Positions 1 through 7,810 of a DNA stretch of 50,805 nucleotides are shown piece by piece. The DNA lies in the IMG/VR virus record IMGVR_UViG_3300009528_000005, positions 1 to 50,805 of that record. One strand, 5' to 3'. The notes beneath the pieces were generated by a model. That model was not told the origin of the DNA. It ran no database searches and saw only the letters and a list, made by a program, of their open reading frames with translations. Both the position numbers and the translations under genes were made by a program. Origin of the DNA: a virus (Duplodnaviria; Caudoviricetes). Position 1 is the stretch's first letter. Each line of letters starts with the position of its first letter.

Positions 1-123
1 CCTGCGAGACTACGCTGTTCCCAGGTGGGGGATATGGGCTAAATTTCAAGTGTCCCGATTCTGTGCCTGACCAGCAGACGGCTGATATGGCTTTGAAGGT
101 TGAAGAGACTTTAGTGGGGGCAG
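1..123. repeat. Terminal direct repeat / circular assembly overlap (copy 1)
   Basis: Identical to 50683-50805; a reading frame runs across the junction. Confidence 0.95.
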
Positions 124-140
124 GGCATGAGGTGGTCTGA

Positions 141-290
141 ATGAAAGAAACCCTAACAAAAAGTGACGTGCTGAAGTGTCGTGGCATACGGGATGAGGGC
201 GTGTGGGTTGATGCAAATAGGAATGTACGGATAAACACCAAATTACCTCTTGAAAAAATTATTGAGATAGTTCAAGCCCTTCAACGATAA
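141..290 (+). CDS. Small hypothetical protein (49 aa, MKETLTKSD...IVQALQR), last late gene; its stop lies in the distal attC
   Basis: ATG directly after TGA at 138-140, GAGGTG upstream; translated by hand. Confidence 0.55.
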   Translation: MKETLTKSDVLKCRGIRDEGVWVDANRNVRINTKLPLEKIIEIVQALQR

Positions 291-401
291 AATCAGCGGC
301 GGGTTATTTAAGTGTCGCCTATAATTGTTTTAGGTTTCCATTTTGGCAAATCTTTTGTCTTCACAAATAATGCAACTCGTCCGCTGCATTGTGGGTTAGG
401 A
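279..401 (-). other. attC site of cassette D
   Basis: + strand: CAAC-gataa-AAT-CAGCGG-CGGGTT ... AACTCG-t-CCGCTG-c-ATT-gtgg-GTTAGGA. Confidence 0.8.
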
Positions 402-550
402 GGCGCATTTCCTATAGCCCAACGAACCCCCGCTAAAAAATGACTCAAACGATCTCTATACTGCTCCTGCGTAGATGTTTTTATTTGGAAGTTCTCCGTT
501 GACCATTCATGCAGACATGTTTGAAACCATTCGGCTGCCTTTTCAATCAT
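308..550 (-). CDS. Cassette D ORF, hypothetical 80 aa, reads into its attC
   Basis: SD AGGAGG inside core site GTTAGGAGGC just before ATG. Confidence 0.75.
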   Translation of the reverse strand: MIEKAAEWFQTCLHEWSTENFQIKTSTQEQYRDRLSHFLAGVRWAIGNAPPNPQCSGRVALFVKTKDLPKWKPKTIIGDT

Positions 551-557
551 AAAAGCC

Positions 558-620
558 TCCTAACAACAAGCTCACTGGTAGACTACCCTGTAGACTATCC
601 AGTGCAGTAATGGGTTAGGA
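558..620 (-). other. attC site of cassette C (63 nt)
   Basis: TCCTAAC-aacaa-GCT-CACTGG-TAG ... CTA-t-CCAGTG-c-AGT-aatgg-GTTAGGA. Confidence 0.9.
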
Positions 621-770
621 GGAATGAATTGCTATGACTGTACTGATCAAACCCCCAAAATAACCAATCAGCCAAAAAATCACTTTATTTTCTGTGTGGC
701 GGTATATGTCTAAATACACTCCTATACTCCCAGAAAGGATTATAATAAACAAAGCCATTAATATTCTCAT
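615..770 (-). CDS. Cassette C ORF, 51 aa two-TM membrane protein (MRILMALFIII...)
   Basis: Start moved to 770 after SD in GTTAGGAGGAATG; TAA stop lies inside the R'' box as in classical cassettes. Confidence 0.75.
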   Translation of the reverse strand: MRILMALFIIILSGSIGVYLDIYRHTENKVIFWLIGYFGGLISTVIAIHSS

Positions 771-778
771 TACATTCC

Positions 779-862
779 TCCTAACAACAAGCTGAGCGGC
801 GGGATTATTCTGCCTCAGATGGGCTATTCCTTTTTCCTGTCCGCTCCAGTGGTGGGTTAGTT
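779..862 (-). other. attC site of cassette B (84 nt)
   Basis: TCCTAAC-aacaa-GCT-GAGCGG-CGGGA ... TCCTG-t-CCGCTC-c-AGT-ggtgg-GTTAG. Confidence 0.88.
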
Positions 863-996
863 TTCGGTGGTGTGCATGGGCTACAAGTACAGCCCCATTT
901 GCCATTCTTAAAATACCACCATGACCAGCCAGTTTTTGACCAATGACAGCTATCCTTTTTCCAGCCATCCTTGCCATCAACACGTCTTTTTTTCAT
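805..996 (-). CDS. Cassette B ORF, 63 aa Trp/Cys/Lys-rich protein (MKKRRVDGK...)
   Basis: GAGG SD before ATG at 996; reads into attC. Confidence 0.65.
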   Translation of the reverse strand: MKKRRVDGKDGWKKDSCHWSKTGWSWWYFKNGKWGCTCSPCTPPKTNPPLERTGKRNSPSEAE

Positions 997-1011
997 AATA
1001 AACCTCAAGCA

Positions 1012-1139
1012 ATCTAACGACAAGCTCACCCGTGCGGTGGTCTATGGATAGGACATCTTGGGTCAATATTCAAGAATCGTTCGTCTTCTGGCTTAACCTC
1101 ACATGTGCAAACCGCATCGGGTGCAGCAGTGGGTGGGGA
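1012..1139 (-). other. attC site of cassette A (R'' degenerate, CAC for AAC)
   Basis: ATCTAAC-gacaa-GCT-CACCCG-TGCGGT ... ACCGCA-t-CGGGTG-c-AGC-agtgg-GTGGGGA. Confidence 0.8.
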
Positions 1140-1283
1140 GGCGCTTAAACGCAAAAACCTATTGATATCCTTTATTTCATGTAATAATTCAAAAAGTAGA
1201 TTAGCTTCAACAGTTTGAGATTTTATTCTACCACCATCAAATTCAACAAATACATTTAAATAACTATCTCTCGTAATTTTCAT
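1026..1283 (-). CDS. Cassette A ORF, hypothetical 85 aa with C-terminal CxC...CxxH
   Basis: SD GGAGG in core site GTTGGGAGGC. Confidence 0.75.
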   Translation of the reverse strand: MKITRDSYLNVFVEFDGGRIKSQTVEANLLFELLHEIKDINRFLRLSASPPTAAPDAVCTCEVKPEDERFLNIDPRCPIHRPPHG

Positions 1284-1290
1284 TTTAGCC

Positions 1291-1332
1291 TCCCAACCAG
1301 GGGATTACCTGCATATTTGCCGCATATCCCCT
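1291..1332 (-). other. attI-like site
   Basis: GTT core at 1295-1297 without an attC partner arm; direct repeats ATATGCGG/ATATGCAG and inverted AGGGGAT/ATCCCCT. Confidence 0.55.
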
Positions 1333-1468
1333 ATTCATATTTTTTCTGTTTCTTTATATAATCCTGATACTCCTCACACTTAGCCTGTTTCTTGCATCGT
1401 TGCTCACAGATTAAATGATGAATCCAGAGTTTACTGGATCTTTTCTGGCAAAAGACGTACTTTCTCAA
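1331..1468 (-). CDS. Small Cys-rich protein (45 aa, MRKYVFCQKR...)
   Basis: TTG start overlapping upstream TGA, GGAGG SD; translated by hand. Confidence 0.55.
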   Translation of the reverse strand: MRKYVFCQKRSSKLWIHHLICEQRCKKQAKCEEYQDYIKKQKKYE

Positions 1469-1752
1469 AACTTCCTCCCCATAATCTCTCGGTGCTTGAC
1501 ATACCGATTCATCCAGCGTCTCATACTACCAAGGGTCTTAAATTCTTGAACCTCATATAATTCTGATACTATAAGAAGTCTCCATGCTCCCCATGCCCTT
1601 TTGTTAGGCTGACATATCCAAGCTGTTCTTCCAATAGTAACCGGCTGCTGAATACTCTCCCCAAACCATGAAGCCATGTGGTCAATGACGGAAACCGAGG
1701 GATCGTCCTCAATCAGCTTGGCGATGTCAAGGGGGTTTAGTTTTATTTTCAT
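1465..1752 (-). CDS. Hypothetical early protein
   Basis: ORF in tightly packed leftward operon. Confidence 0.65.
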   Translation of the reverse strand: MKIKLNPLDIAKLIEDDPSVSVIDHMASWFGESIQQPVTIGRTAWICQPNKRAWGAWRLLIVSELYEVQEFKTLGSMRRWMNRYVKHREIMGRKF

Positions 1753-1757
1753 TGTGG

Positions 1758-2558
1758 CTAAAACGGAACTGGCGCACCATTTAGTAGTTGCTCTGAAGGC
1801 TCTGGGATCTCATCTTTCGGAGCGTTCGACATAGCCGTTCTGAAGCCCATACAGGTAGCAACGTCCCCACATTGGCTACTACAGTATATCGTGGCTACAG
1901 GATCACCTTTATTGGCGTCTAGGGGGCATTCTGCAACAGGTACTTTGGTTGCAAAATCGCCCTTGGGTACGTCTGTAAGGGGTGCTACCGTGTCTTTATC
2001 ATCCACAAATATCTCACTTTCTGGCTTGATCTCATGCTCCCCCACATCAAGCCCGTGTGCTTTCTCCCACATGGCTATGCCAGCATCCACGATCTCCAAG
2101 CAGAAGTCCTTGAAAGAGTGGGAAGAATGTAGTTTCATATTTGTTAGGGCAATCCCAGCATCTTTTGCGTATGAAATACAGACAAAAAGGCTCTTTTCAT
2201 CTCTTGAGCTGACAGTAGATGACTTGCTTGTTCCCTTGGGACTACTAGTATGTGGCTCATGGATTTCAGGTTGTTCGTCATCAGGTAGTTTCATGTCCTT
2301 GATGATATTATTAACAAAGGTTCTTCCTTCATTATCTCCTTTGCCAGCTACTCTCTCTACACTATATTCCATGTAGGAAATTCTCATGCCTTCCCAAGGT
2401 ATTAATTTATTTCCTGAATGCCAATAAGTGTACTTATCATCGTTCTTGTCAGTATAAAAGTTGTAGGGTGTAGACTCCCACGATCTATCTTCCTTGGTAA
2501 AAGATTGAGTTTTGCCCTTATATACCTTGGTAATTCTAAGATCGGTTAATTGTGGCAT
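1758..2558 (-). CDS. Putative single-stranded DNA-binding/recombination protein
   Basis: Beta-rich N-terminus, acidic tail ending PVPF, next to exonuclease. Confidence 0.5.
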   Translation of the reverse strand: MPQLTDLRITKVYKGKTQSFTKEDRSWESTPYNFYTDKNDDKYTYWHSGNKLIPWEGMRISYMEYSVERVAGKGDNEGRTFVNNIIKDMKLPDDEQPEIHEPHTSSPKGTSKSSTVSSRDEKSLFVCISYAKDAGIALTNMKLHSSHSFKDFCLEIVDAGIAMWEKAHGLDVGEHEIKPESEIFVDDKDTVAPLTDVPKGDFATKVPVAECPLDANKGDPVATIYCSSQCGDVATCMGFRTAMSNAPKDEIPEPSEQLLNGAPVPF

Positions 2559-2568
2559 GGTTGTTCTC

Positions 2569-3219
2569 CTATAATAATTGTTTCAAGACCTTCTCTGCCT
2601 TTGCCAAGTACAACGCCCTCTCAAAGCAACCCCACGCCTCATCGGGTAAATCTGCCCTATAATGATGTATGAAGCTCAGATATTTCCCGTCTCTAGGCAT
2701 TTGTAGAACATCGAATCTCTTTATCGGCTTATATCCGTTTTCCTCTGCCAAGACTTTGTAAGCTACCGGCTGAATCCAACTATCAGGATAACCGAACTTC
2801 CCCGATTTCCAGTCCAATATCGACAACTCACCCAAAACTAAGCCGATTACATCGGGTGTGCCCCCAAATTGCCATTCCTCACTTATGAGGTTGGGTTCAA
2901 CTGCTAATGGCTCAAACTCAAACTGTTCTGACCATTTTTCAAAGTTGGCAAAGGACTTTTTACCTCCCTCTATATCCTTGTCAGACCATTCGAGGTTGAA
3001 TTGTGGTTCTTTCTTTTTCAAAAAGCACTCGACAAGGTAATGCCCTATTGTACCGGGAACGGTTACAGTATCATAGGCTTCTTGCAGGGTTTTGCCTTCA
3101 AGTCCCTGCTTGTTGGCCCACCACATAAGAGGAGCGGTGCCCCATCCTATATTCTTTTTAATGGTGGTAACGCCTTGTAATCGCTTGCCGTCTTTGTTCT
3201 TATAAACAACTCTAGGCAT
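2569..3219 (-). CDS. PD-(D/E)XK exonuclease (Cas4/RecB-like)
   Basis: GVTTI, GTIGH, E, GTPD, ILDWKS, QxxAY motifs. Confidence 0.85.
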   Translation of the reverse strand: MPRVVYKNKDGKRLQGVTTIKKNIGWGTAPLMWWANKQGLEGKTLQEAYDTVTVPGTIGHYLVECFLKKKEPQFNLEWSDKDIEGGKKSFANFEKWSEQFEFEPLAVEPNLISEEWQFGGTPDVIGLVLGELSILDWKSGKFGYPDSWIQPVAYKVLAEENGYKPIKRFDVLQMPRDGKYLSFIHHYRADLPDEAWGCFERALYLAKAEKVLKQLL

Positions 3220-3346
3220 CGTCTGGATTTCCTTTCTCTGTTCTCCCGTACTCCCTCAACTCATCCGGGTCACAAGGCGGTTTGGATTCCAGCTTGTAAA
3301 GTTCTTGCAAAACAAGCTCGTCTAAGAATGCTTCGTGGTCTGTCAT
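3212..3346 (-). CDS. Small acidic protein (44 aa, MTDHEAFLDE...)
   Basis: AGGA SD; fills gap and overlaps the next start. Confidence 0.5.
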   Translation of the reverse strand: MTDHEAFLDELVLQELYKLESKPPCDPDELREYGRTEKGNPDDA

Positions 3347-3357
3347 GGACTGGTTCC

Positions 3358-3585
3358 TTATGGCTCCTCTGGTTCTTTTATATCTGCAACCTTTTCACCA
3401 AAGATGCCCTCAGCTTCATTTACTTTATTTAAATTCCTCCACCCAAATATTTGAAAACATAAACAAGATTCCTTTTCCCCATTCTTAGCATATTCTTGAA
3501 CCTTAACTATATCCCACACATCATCCCATTCAGTACCGGGGCGATACCAATAATAACCCGCTTCTGTTGGCTTCAAATATTTCAC
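3358..3585 (-). CDS. Hypothetical protein (PTEAGYYWYR motif)
   Basis: Common small phage ORF motif; GAGGAG SD. Confidence 0.7.
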   Translation of the reverse strand: MKYLKPTEAGYYWYRPGTEWDDVWDIVKVQEYAKNGEKESCLCFQIFGWRNLNKVNEAEGIFGEKVADIKEPEEP

Positions 3586-3740
3586 TTTATTATCTTACTC
3601 CTCAGAATTTTCACAACATGCATCCCCGACCCATCACAGACCACAATGCTATCCGGCTCGACCCAGCACTCACTCACCGAAACAGAGCTAGGCGACAGGG
3701 CTATCAGGGCTATTATTGCTATGGTTAGTGTCCTCTTCAT
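3582..3740 (-). CDS. Small secreted protein (52 aa, MKRTLTIAIIALIALS...)
   Basis: GAGG SD, signal-like N-terminus, GTGA overlap. Confidence 0.55.
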   Translation of the reverse strand: MKRTLTIAIIALIALSPSSVSVSECWVEPDSIVVCDGSGMHVVKILRSKIIK

Positions 3741-3758
3741 CCTCTATCTTCACTTTAA

Positions 3759-4133
3759 TTAAAACCTTATCCCTATGGTATAATTGTACGTGACACAGGC
3801 TCCAGACACCCCTATCCACACCCCTAACCAAACCCTTCTCCACTTAGAAGGAAGAAAGTGAGCGATTACAATTTCCCCTATGGCAGTGGCTAAAAAATAA
3901 GTGTCCACTTGACCTTGTGTTGGATGTCTGCCAAGACAAGGGTTCGTTTCATGGTAATTTGGATTTCTTGCTATTTCTTTGGTCTGCAAATAATCAATAG
4001 TCCGCAAACCAAGGCTGGCCCCCAGCAAAGCTTTGTCTGTCTTTGTCCATTCATCTGCGGCATAACAATTGGAGCAAAAGACAAACACAAACAAACATAT
4101 AGTAATAAGCGGAGTCGCTTTACTTCTTTCCAT
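3759..4133 (-). CDS. Membrane protein with signal peptide (ETNPxLGxxP motif)
   Basis: Start moved to 4133; several hydrophobic segments. Confidence 0.7.
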   Translation of the reverse strand: MERSKATPLITICLFVFVFCSNCYAADEWTKTDKALLGASLGLRTIDYLQTKEIARNPNYHETNPCLGRHPTQGQVDTYFLATAIGEIVIAHFLPSKWRRVWLGVWIGVSGACVTYNYTIGIRF

Positions 4134-4374
4134 CCAACCACGCCTCCATCTTTTCGGGGCTGCCCCAGCAGTTGCCAGGAGCCTCATGGTAGAAGAACGC
4201 AATAATATCAAGTAATCGTTCTTTGTCTTTTTTGTCTATTCTGCGGTAGCTCTCCACTAGGTTGTTGCAAATGACAGCCTGCAAGAAACCCCCGTCACAT
4301 TCTGGTCGTTGCCTTTCTTCGATGTATCGCCAAACACTGGCTTTAAGGTGCTTCGGTAACAGATTGTAATTCAT
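4120..4374 (-). CDS. Conserved hypothetical phage protein
   Basis: GGFLxAVxxNNL...PxxCWGS pattern; GAGGT SD. Confidence 0.75.
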   Translation of the reverse strand: MNYNLLPKHLKASVWRYIEERQRPECDGGFLQAVICNNLVESYRRIDKKDKERLLDIIAFFYHEAPGNCWGSPEKMEAWLDGKK

Positions 4375-4509
4375 ATTTACCTCTTTTATGTAGCCCGTGA
4401 GCCAGATAAGGAGGATTAGGCCGTTGTCCGGCCCACGGGGTCAAGGGATGCTTAATATTTTCTCCGAGGTTATTTGCGTTTGTAAGAAAAATCAGCACCC
4501 CTCAGTTAA

Positions 4510-4613
4510 GGGCGTGGGCAGGATTTTCACCTGCACCGGGGTTACTAACTATGCACCAAGCCATCCCGGAGGGGGTGCTTCCGTACCCTGCGTCTAATTC
4601 CGCGACCACGCCC
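4510..4613 (-). ncRNA. tRNA-like RNA with extended, non-canonical anticodon arm
   Basis: Acceptor GGGCGTGG/CCACGCCC, D arm GCG-GAATTAGA-CGC, T arm GCAGG-TGAAAAT-CCTGC; no CCA. Confidence 0.6.
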
Positions 4614-4657
4614 ATGCTTTTTCAAAGAGCTTATTCCCGCCCCGTAGCAGCCGACCC

Positions 4658-4866
4658 CTAAAACTGAGCCTTCTCCGTGCTCATGGCCCTGCCGTGAGAG
4701 CTTCGTTGTTCCTTTGTTGGCTTGATAGTTTGTTGATGAGACCAACGCATTAATTCAAAAATAGTTGTTTTGCTTGGCAAAAAAGTCGTATGACTTATAA
4801 AATCCGCTAAAAGCTCATCCAAAGCCTTGTGCAACTCGACATGGCGTTGCTTGTGTTCTTTTTCAT
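4658..4866 (-). CDS. Hypothetical protein (HKxRHxELH motif); ORF track 4658..4870
   Basis: ORF track; ATGA coupling with the upstream gene. Confidence 0.65.
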
Positions 4867-5151
4867 TCATGGTTTTCGTGTCCCCGGTCCTATCGGGGGT
4901 TCAATCTCTTCCTTCCACAAACTCACCGTCTCAACCCCTCCCTCGTCATGGGCTATGATATAGGGCGTACCTGTGGCCCTGAAGTGCTTGGTCCAGTTCT
5001 CCAAGATGCCCTTAGCGGTCTCTGGTGCGCCGCCAAAGGAGTATGTGCTGCCCATCTTGAGGCTTGGAACGAAGTCCATCAGGGGAACACCCTCAAGTAG
5101 GTGGGGCTTGTATGCGTCAATTCCGCGTTGCATGAGATCTGAGAGAGTCAT
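4867..5151 (-). CDS. Hypothetical protein
   Basis: ORF in leftward operon. Confidence 0.65.
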   Translation of the reverse strand: MTLSDLMQRGIDAYKPHLLEGVPLMDFVPSLKMGSTYSFGGAPETAKGILENWTKHFRATGTPYIIAHDEGGVETVSLWKEEIEPPIGPGTRKP

Positions 5152-5157
5152 GACTAG

Positions 5158-5421
5158 TTAAAAACACTCGCTCCATTCATAGCCGTCTGATTCAATAGCT
5201 GGACGAGTTCTTAGTTCTTCCCAATGAATTGCGTAACTTATAGCACCCCTTTTCGAGCCAAAAACATTAACGCTTTTTCTGTTTTCGTGTGGTAGCCACA
5301 AACAGTATTTCCCATCAGGAGAACAAAGCAATTTATACCCATCTGGCATCTGTTCTTGTGTATCGCCACATGTGATAAACATTACAGACATTAATAAAAG
5401 AACAATTGTAATTTTCCTCAT
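5158..5421 (-). CDS. Putative lipoprotein
   Basis: MRK + hydrophobic stretch + FITC. Confidence 0.6.
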   Translation of the reverse strand: MRKITIVLLLMSVMFITCGDTQEQMPDGYKLLCSPDGKYCLWLPHENRKSVNVFGSKRGAISYAIHWEELRTRPAIESDGYEWSECF

Positions 5422-5448
5422 AAAAACCCCAACTGTACGGGTATGGTC

Positions 5449-6276
5449 TTATTTGAGTAAGTGCCAAGCTTCCTCATACTTTCTTACTCGTTCCCAATAC
5501 ATATTTCTTCGGTATTTATTAAGCCATTCATATTTGTGGGTATATCCTGAATCTCTAACAACAAAAGATTTCCTGCCATTTGTATTTGGAAAAACATAAA
5601 AGGTGTTTTGGGGTTGGACGTAAAAAATAACAAAATCAGCCTCTTTTTGTTGTCTTGGGCTTAAAGTGGTACAATAAAAAGTTGCTCCCTTTGGCCTTGT
5701 GGGGCTTCCACTGTTTCTACTTTTTACTTCAACTAGTTTCCCGTTTATTTTAAAATCTACTACATGACCCTTGGGTGCATATTCACATTCATAGCCCAAC
5801 TCCTCACATTTTTCTAAAACTAGAACCTCTGCTTTTGCTCCTCTTTTTACTAGACTATCCCTCTTGTCTATTATTTTGAGTCGTGGATCACAAACACAAT
5901 CCCAAATTTTCATTTCGGCTTGTTTCAATGCGGTTTTTTCTTTTTGGATTTGACCATAAGGAATACCATAAAGTCCTTTAAAAAGTTGCCTAGCTCTTTC
6001 ACGGGTAAAGCCATATGCTTTTGCAAGTTCAGTAAGATTCCAAAATTGTTTCTTGAAAAGCAAATCGAAATCTTTAAGAATTTCCTTGCCATGATTTTCA
6101 ACAAGATTAGATCGTAGAATTTCTTTTGGGGTTCGTTTTCTAGTTCTTCGATGGGTTCTCTCCCACCAGCGTTGATAACAACGGGAACACAGGCCACGCT
6201 TTTTGATATGGATAGGTTGATCTTGGCAAGTACAACAAAGGGGTTCTAATTCGAGTTGAGTGGCAAGCTGTTTCAT
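5449..6276 (-). CDS. Zn-finger/HTH + PD-(D/E)XK endonuclease (homing-endonuclease-like)
   Basis: CxxC...CxxCY, LTELAKAYGFTRERARQL HTH, VDFKINGKLVEVKS. Confidence 0.7.
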   Translation of the reverse strand: MKQLATQLELEPLCCTCQDQPIHIKKRGLCSRCYQRWWERTHRRTRKRTPKEILRSNLVENHGKEILKDFDLLFKKQFWNLTELAKAYGFTRERARQLFKGLYGIPYGQIQKEKTALKQAEMKIWDCVCDPRLKIIDKRDSLVKRGAKAEVLVLEKCEELGYECEYAPKGHVVDFKINGKLVEVKSRNSGSPTRPKGATFYCTTLSPRQQKEADFVIFYVQPQNTFYVFPNTNGRKSFVVRDSGYTHKYEWLNKYRRNMYWERVRKYEEAWHLLK

Positions 6277-6288
6277 GGTTGCCTGACT

Positions 6289-6351
6289 ATTACATAACTG
6301 TAATCTTAATGCAACCCTGAATAAACGAAGTGTAATTTACAGAACTGTAAT
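6289..6351. promoter_or_regulatory. Operators ATTACA-N4-TGTAAT overlapping the leftward promoter
   Basis: Palindromes at 6289-6304 (perfect) and 6336-6351 (1 mismatch); TTGCAT -35 on the - strand. Confidence 0.65.
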
Positions 6352-6470
6352 CACATAGGATTAATTACACATTCGATCTAAAAATCAGCCATTTTCCCCT
6401 GTTTTCTCGCCTTTTCACCCACAAACAGCACTTGCATTGTAATTCTTGACTATGATAAAAGAAATATGTT

Positions 6471-6845
6471 ATGAAATCCGTCATGCTTCAAAGACTCCAA
6501 CCCCGATTTAAGCATCTGATTGAAATCTATCAGGGCAAAACCGGGAAAGACCAAAAAACCATCGCATCAGATGTGGGGCTACCGGCTTCACGTCTTTCGG
6601 GGCTTCTTACGGAAAGCACTAAGTTGAGTGCAACCTATCTTGAACCTTTTATCTGGGGTGGAGTAATTAAAGTGGCCGACATTTATGATGGCAAGCCAGA
6701 AACCGCCAAAGAAGTCGAGTTCTGGAAAAGAATGAGTTACGCTGAGAGGACAGACCTTACTGATTTGATGGTTCGTTTGGAAAACGCCGGGAAAGATCCG
6801 AAACGAGTTATGCTTGAGGCTTTAATTGAGGCCGAAAAAGCATAA
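6471..6845 (+). CDS. XRE-family HTH repressor-like protein
   Basis: QKTIASDVGLPASRLSGLL HTH; flanked by operators; no peptidase domain. Confidence 0.75.
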   Translation: MKSVMLQRLQPRFKHLIEIYQGKTGKDQKTIASDVGLPASRLSGLLTESTKLSATYLEPFIWGGVIKVADIYDGKPETAKEVEFWKRMSYAERTDLTDLMVRLENAGKDPKRVMLEALIEAEKA

Positions 6846-6860
6846 TTTTTTTGTTTGACG

Positions 6861-6918
6861 ATTACAAAAGTGTCAGGGGGCATATATTTTTTTGCCCTCT
6901 GGATTACACAAATGTAAT
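6861..6918. promoter_or_regulatory. Rightward operators
   Basis: ATTACAcaaaTGTAAT at 6903-6918; ATTACAaaagTGTCAG at 6861-6876. Confidence 0.6.
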
Positions 6919-7049
6919 TTACAAACATTTACCCATCTTACTATCACAGAATGCAAAAGAAAAACACTGAGAAACTATGGAGAAAGGGAAGGGTGGTAAG
7001 CAAGCGAGGGAATGGATGGATTGAATGGGGCTACTTTATCTAACTCATC

Positions 7050-7205
7050 TTAATAATTTATTAATATTTCTGCTATTAGCAGGAAAAGAACAAACAAGAC
7101 AACGAAAATAAAGGAAACCCATTCATACTCATTATTGGGTTTTAGTTCTTTTTCCCAAAATCCCTTCTTGGAAAAAATATAGGTTATGGTGTGCTTAAAA
7201 CTCAT
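7050..7205 (-). CDS. Possible small membrane protein (MSFKHTIT...)
   Basis: C-terminal TM segment; antisense to the operon. Confidence 0.35.
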   Translation of the reverse strand: MSFKHTITYIFSKKGFWEKELKPNNEYEWVSFIFVVLFVLFLLIAEILINY

Positions 7206-7296
7206 CGCCAATAGCCTGTAGCATAAAACACGATAAAAGTCAAACCACGGATAAAAATTGCGTAGTCCATGACCCCCTTGATTAACACAGCCCAAA

Positions 7297-7800
7297 ATGA
7301 ATTTTGAGTATTTATATCAACCCCCGAAAAAATGGACATTTGAACAGCTGGAACTGAAGCGTTTTGTTGAATCATATTGTATTGAACCCGTGCTTAATCT
7401 TTTTGCCGGAAAAACAAAATTATCCATTAAGGAGGTACGAGTTGATTCAAATCCTGAAATGCCAGCTAATTTTCATATGGATGCAATGATGTTTCTCAAC
7501 AGCTGGAATGGTGACAAGTTCGGGAGCGTTATTCTTGATCCGCCCTATAGTGTTAGAAAGGGGCGGGAAAAATATCTAAACCACCAAATCGGGAAACTCA
7601 CAAAAATCAAGAACAGGCTAATGGGTTCCCTTGTTCCTGGAGGCCGTGTAATTTCACTTGGCTATGATAGTGTTGGAATGTCACAAAAACGAGGGTTTAT
7701 TAAAATAGCGATATGTCTTGTCTGTCATAGCGGGGATCACAACGACACGATTTGTTTGGTTGAAGAAATGAACCAATTAAATTTATTGCCAATTCAATAA
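7297..7800 (+). CDS. Small amino-DNA methyltransferase
   Basis: Motif I VLNLFAG and motif IV ILDPPY. Confidence 0.75.
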   Translation: MNFEYLYQPPKKWTFEQLELKRFVESYCIEPVLNLFAGKTKLSIKEVRVDSNPEMPANFHMDAMMFLNSWNGDKFGSVILDPPYSVRKGREKYLNHQIGKLTKIKNRLMGSLVPGGRVISLGYDSVGMSQKRGFIKIAICLVCHSGDHNDTICLVEEMNQLNLLPIQ

Positions 7801-7810
7801 AAGGATCACC

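Larger units (their letters stand above)
285..1332 (-). mobile_element. Integron-type gene cassette array without intI: attI-like site plus four cassettes (1018-1296, 785-1017, 564-784, 285-563)
   Basis: Four attC palindromes with AAC/GTT core sites and extrahelical C and T; each cassette's 5' core site is complementary to its own R'' box. Confidence 0.85.

Noticed and set aside
1-123. Physical terminal repeat of the virion DNA
   Set aside because: It falls inside an ORF far from terS; more simply an assembler circular overlap. Read termini would be needed to decide.
615-983. 122-aa ORF in the track
   Set aside because: It crosses an attC and overlaps cassette B; the SD-supported start is at 770.
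279-1332. CRISPR array or REP repeats
   Set aside because: Units are variable-length palindromes separated by whole ORFs and have attC hallmarks, not identical repeats with short spacers.
4510-4613. Canonical tRNA gene
   Set aside because: No 7-nt anticodon loop, non-standard T loop, no CCA.
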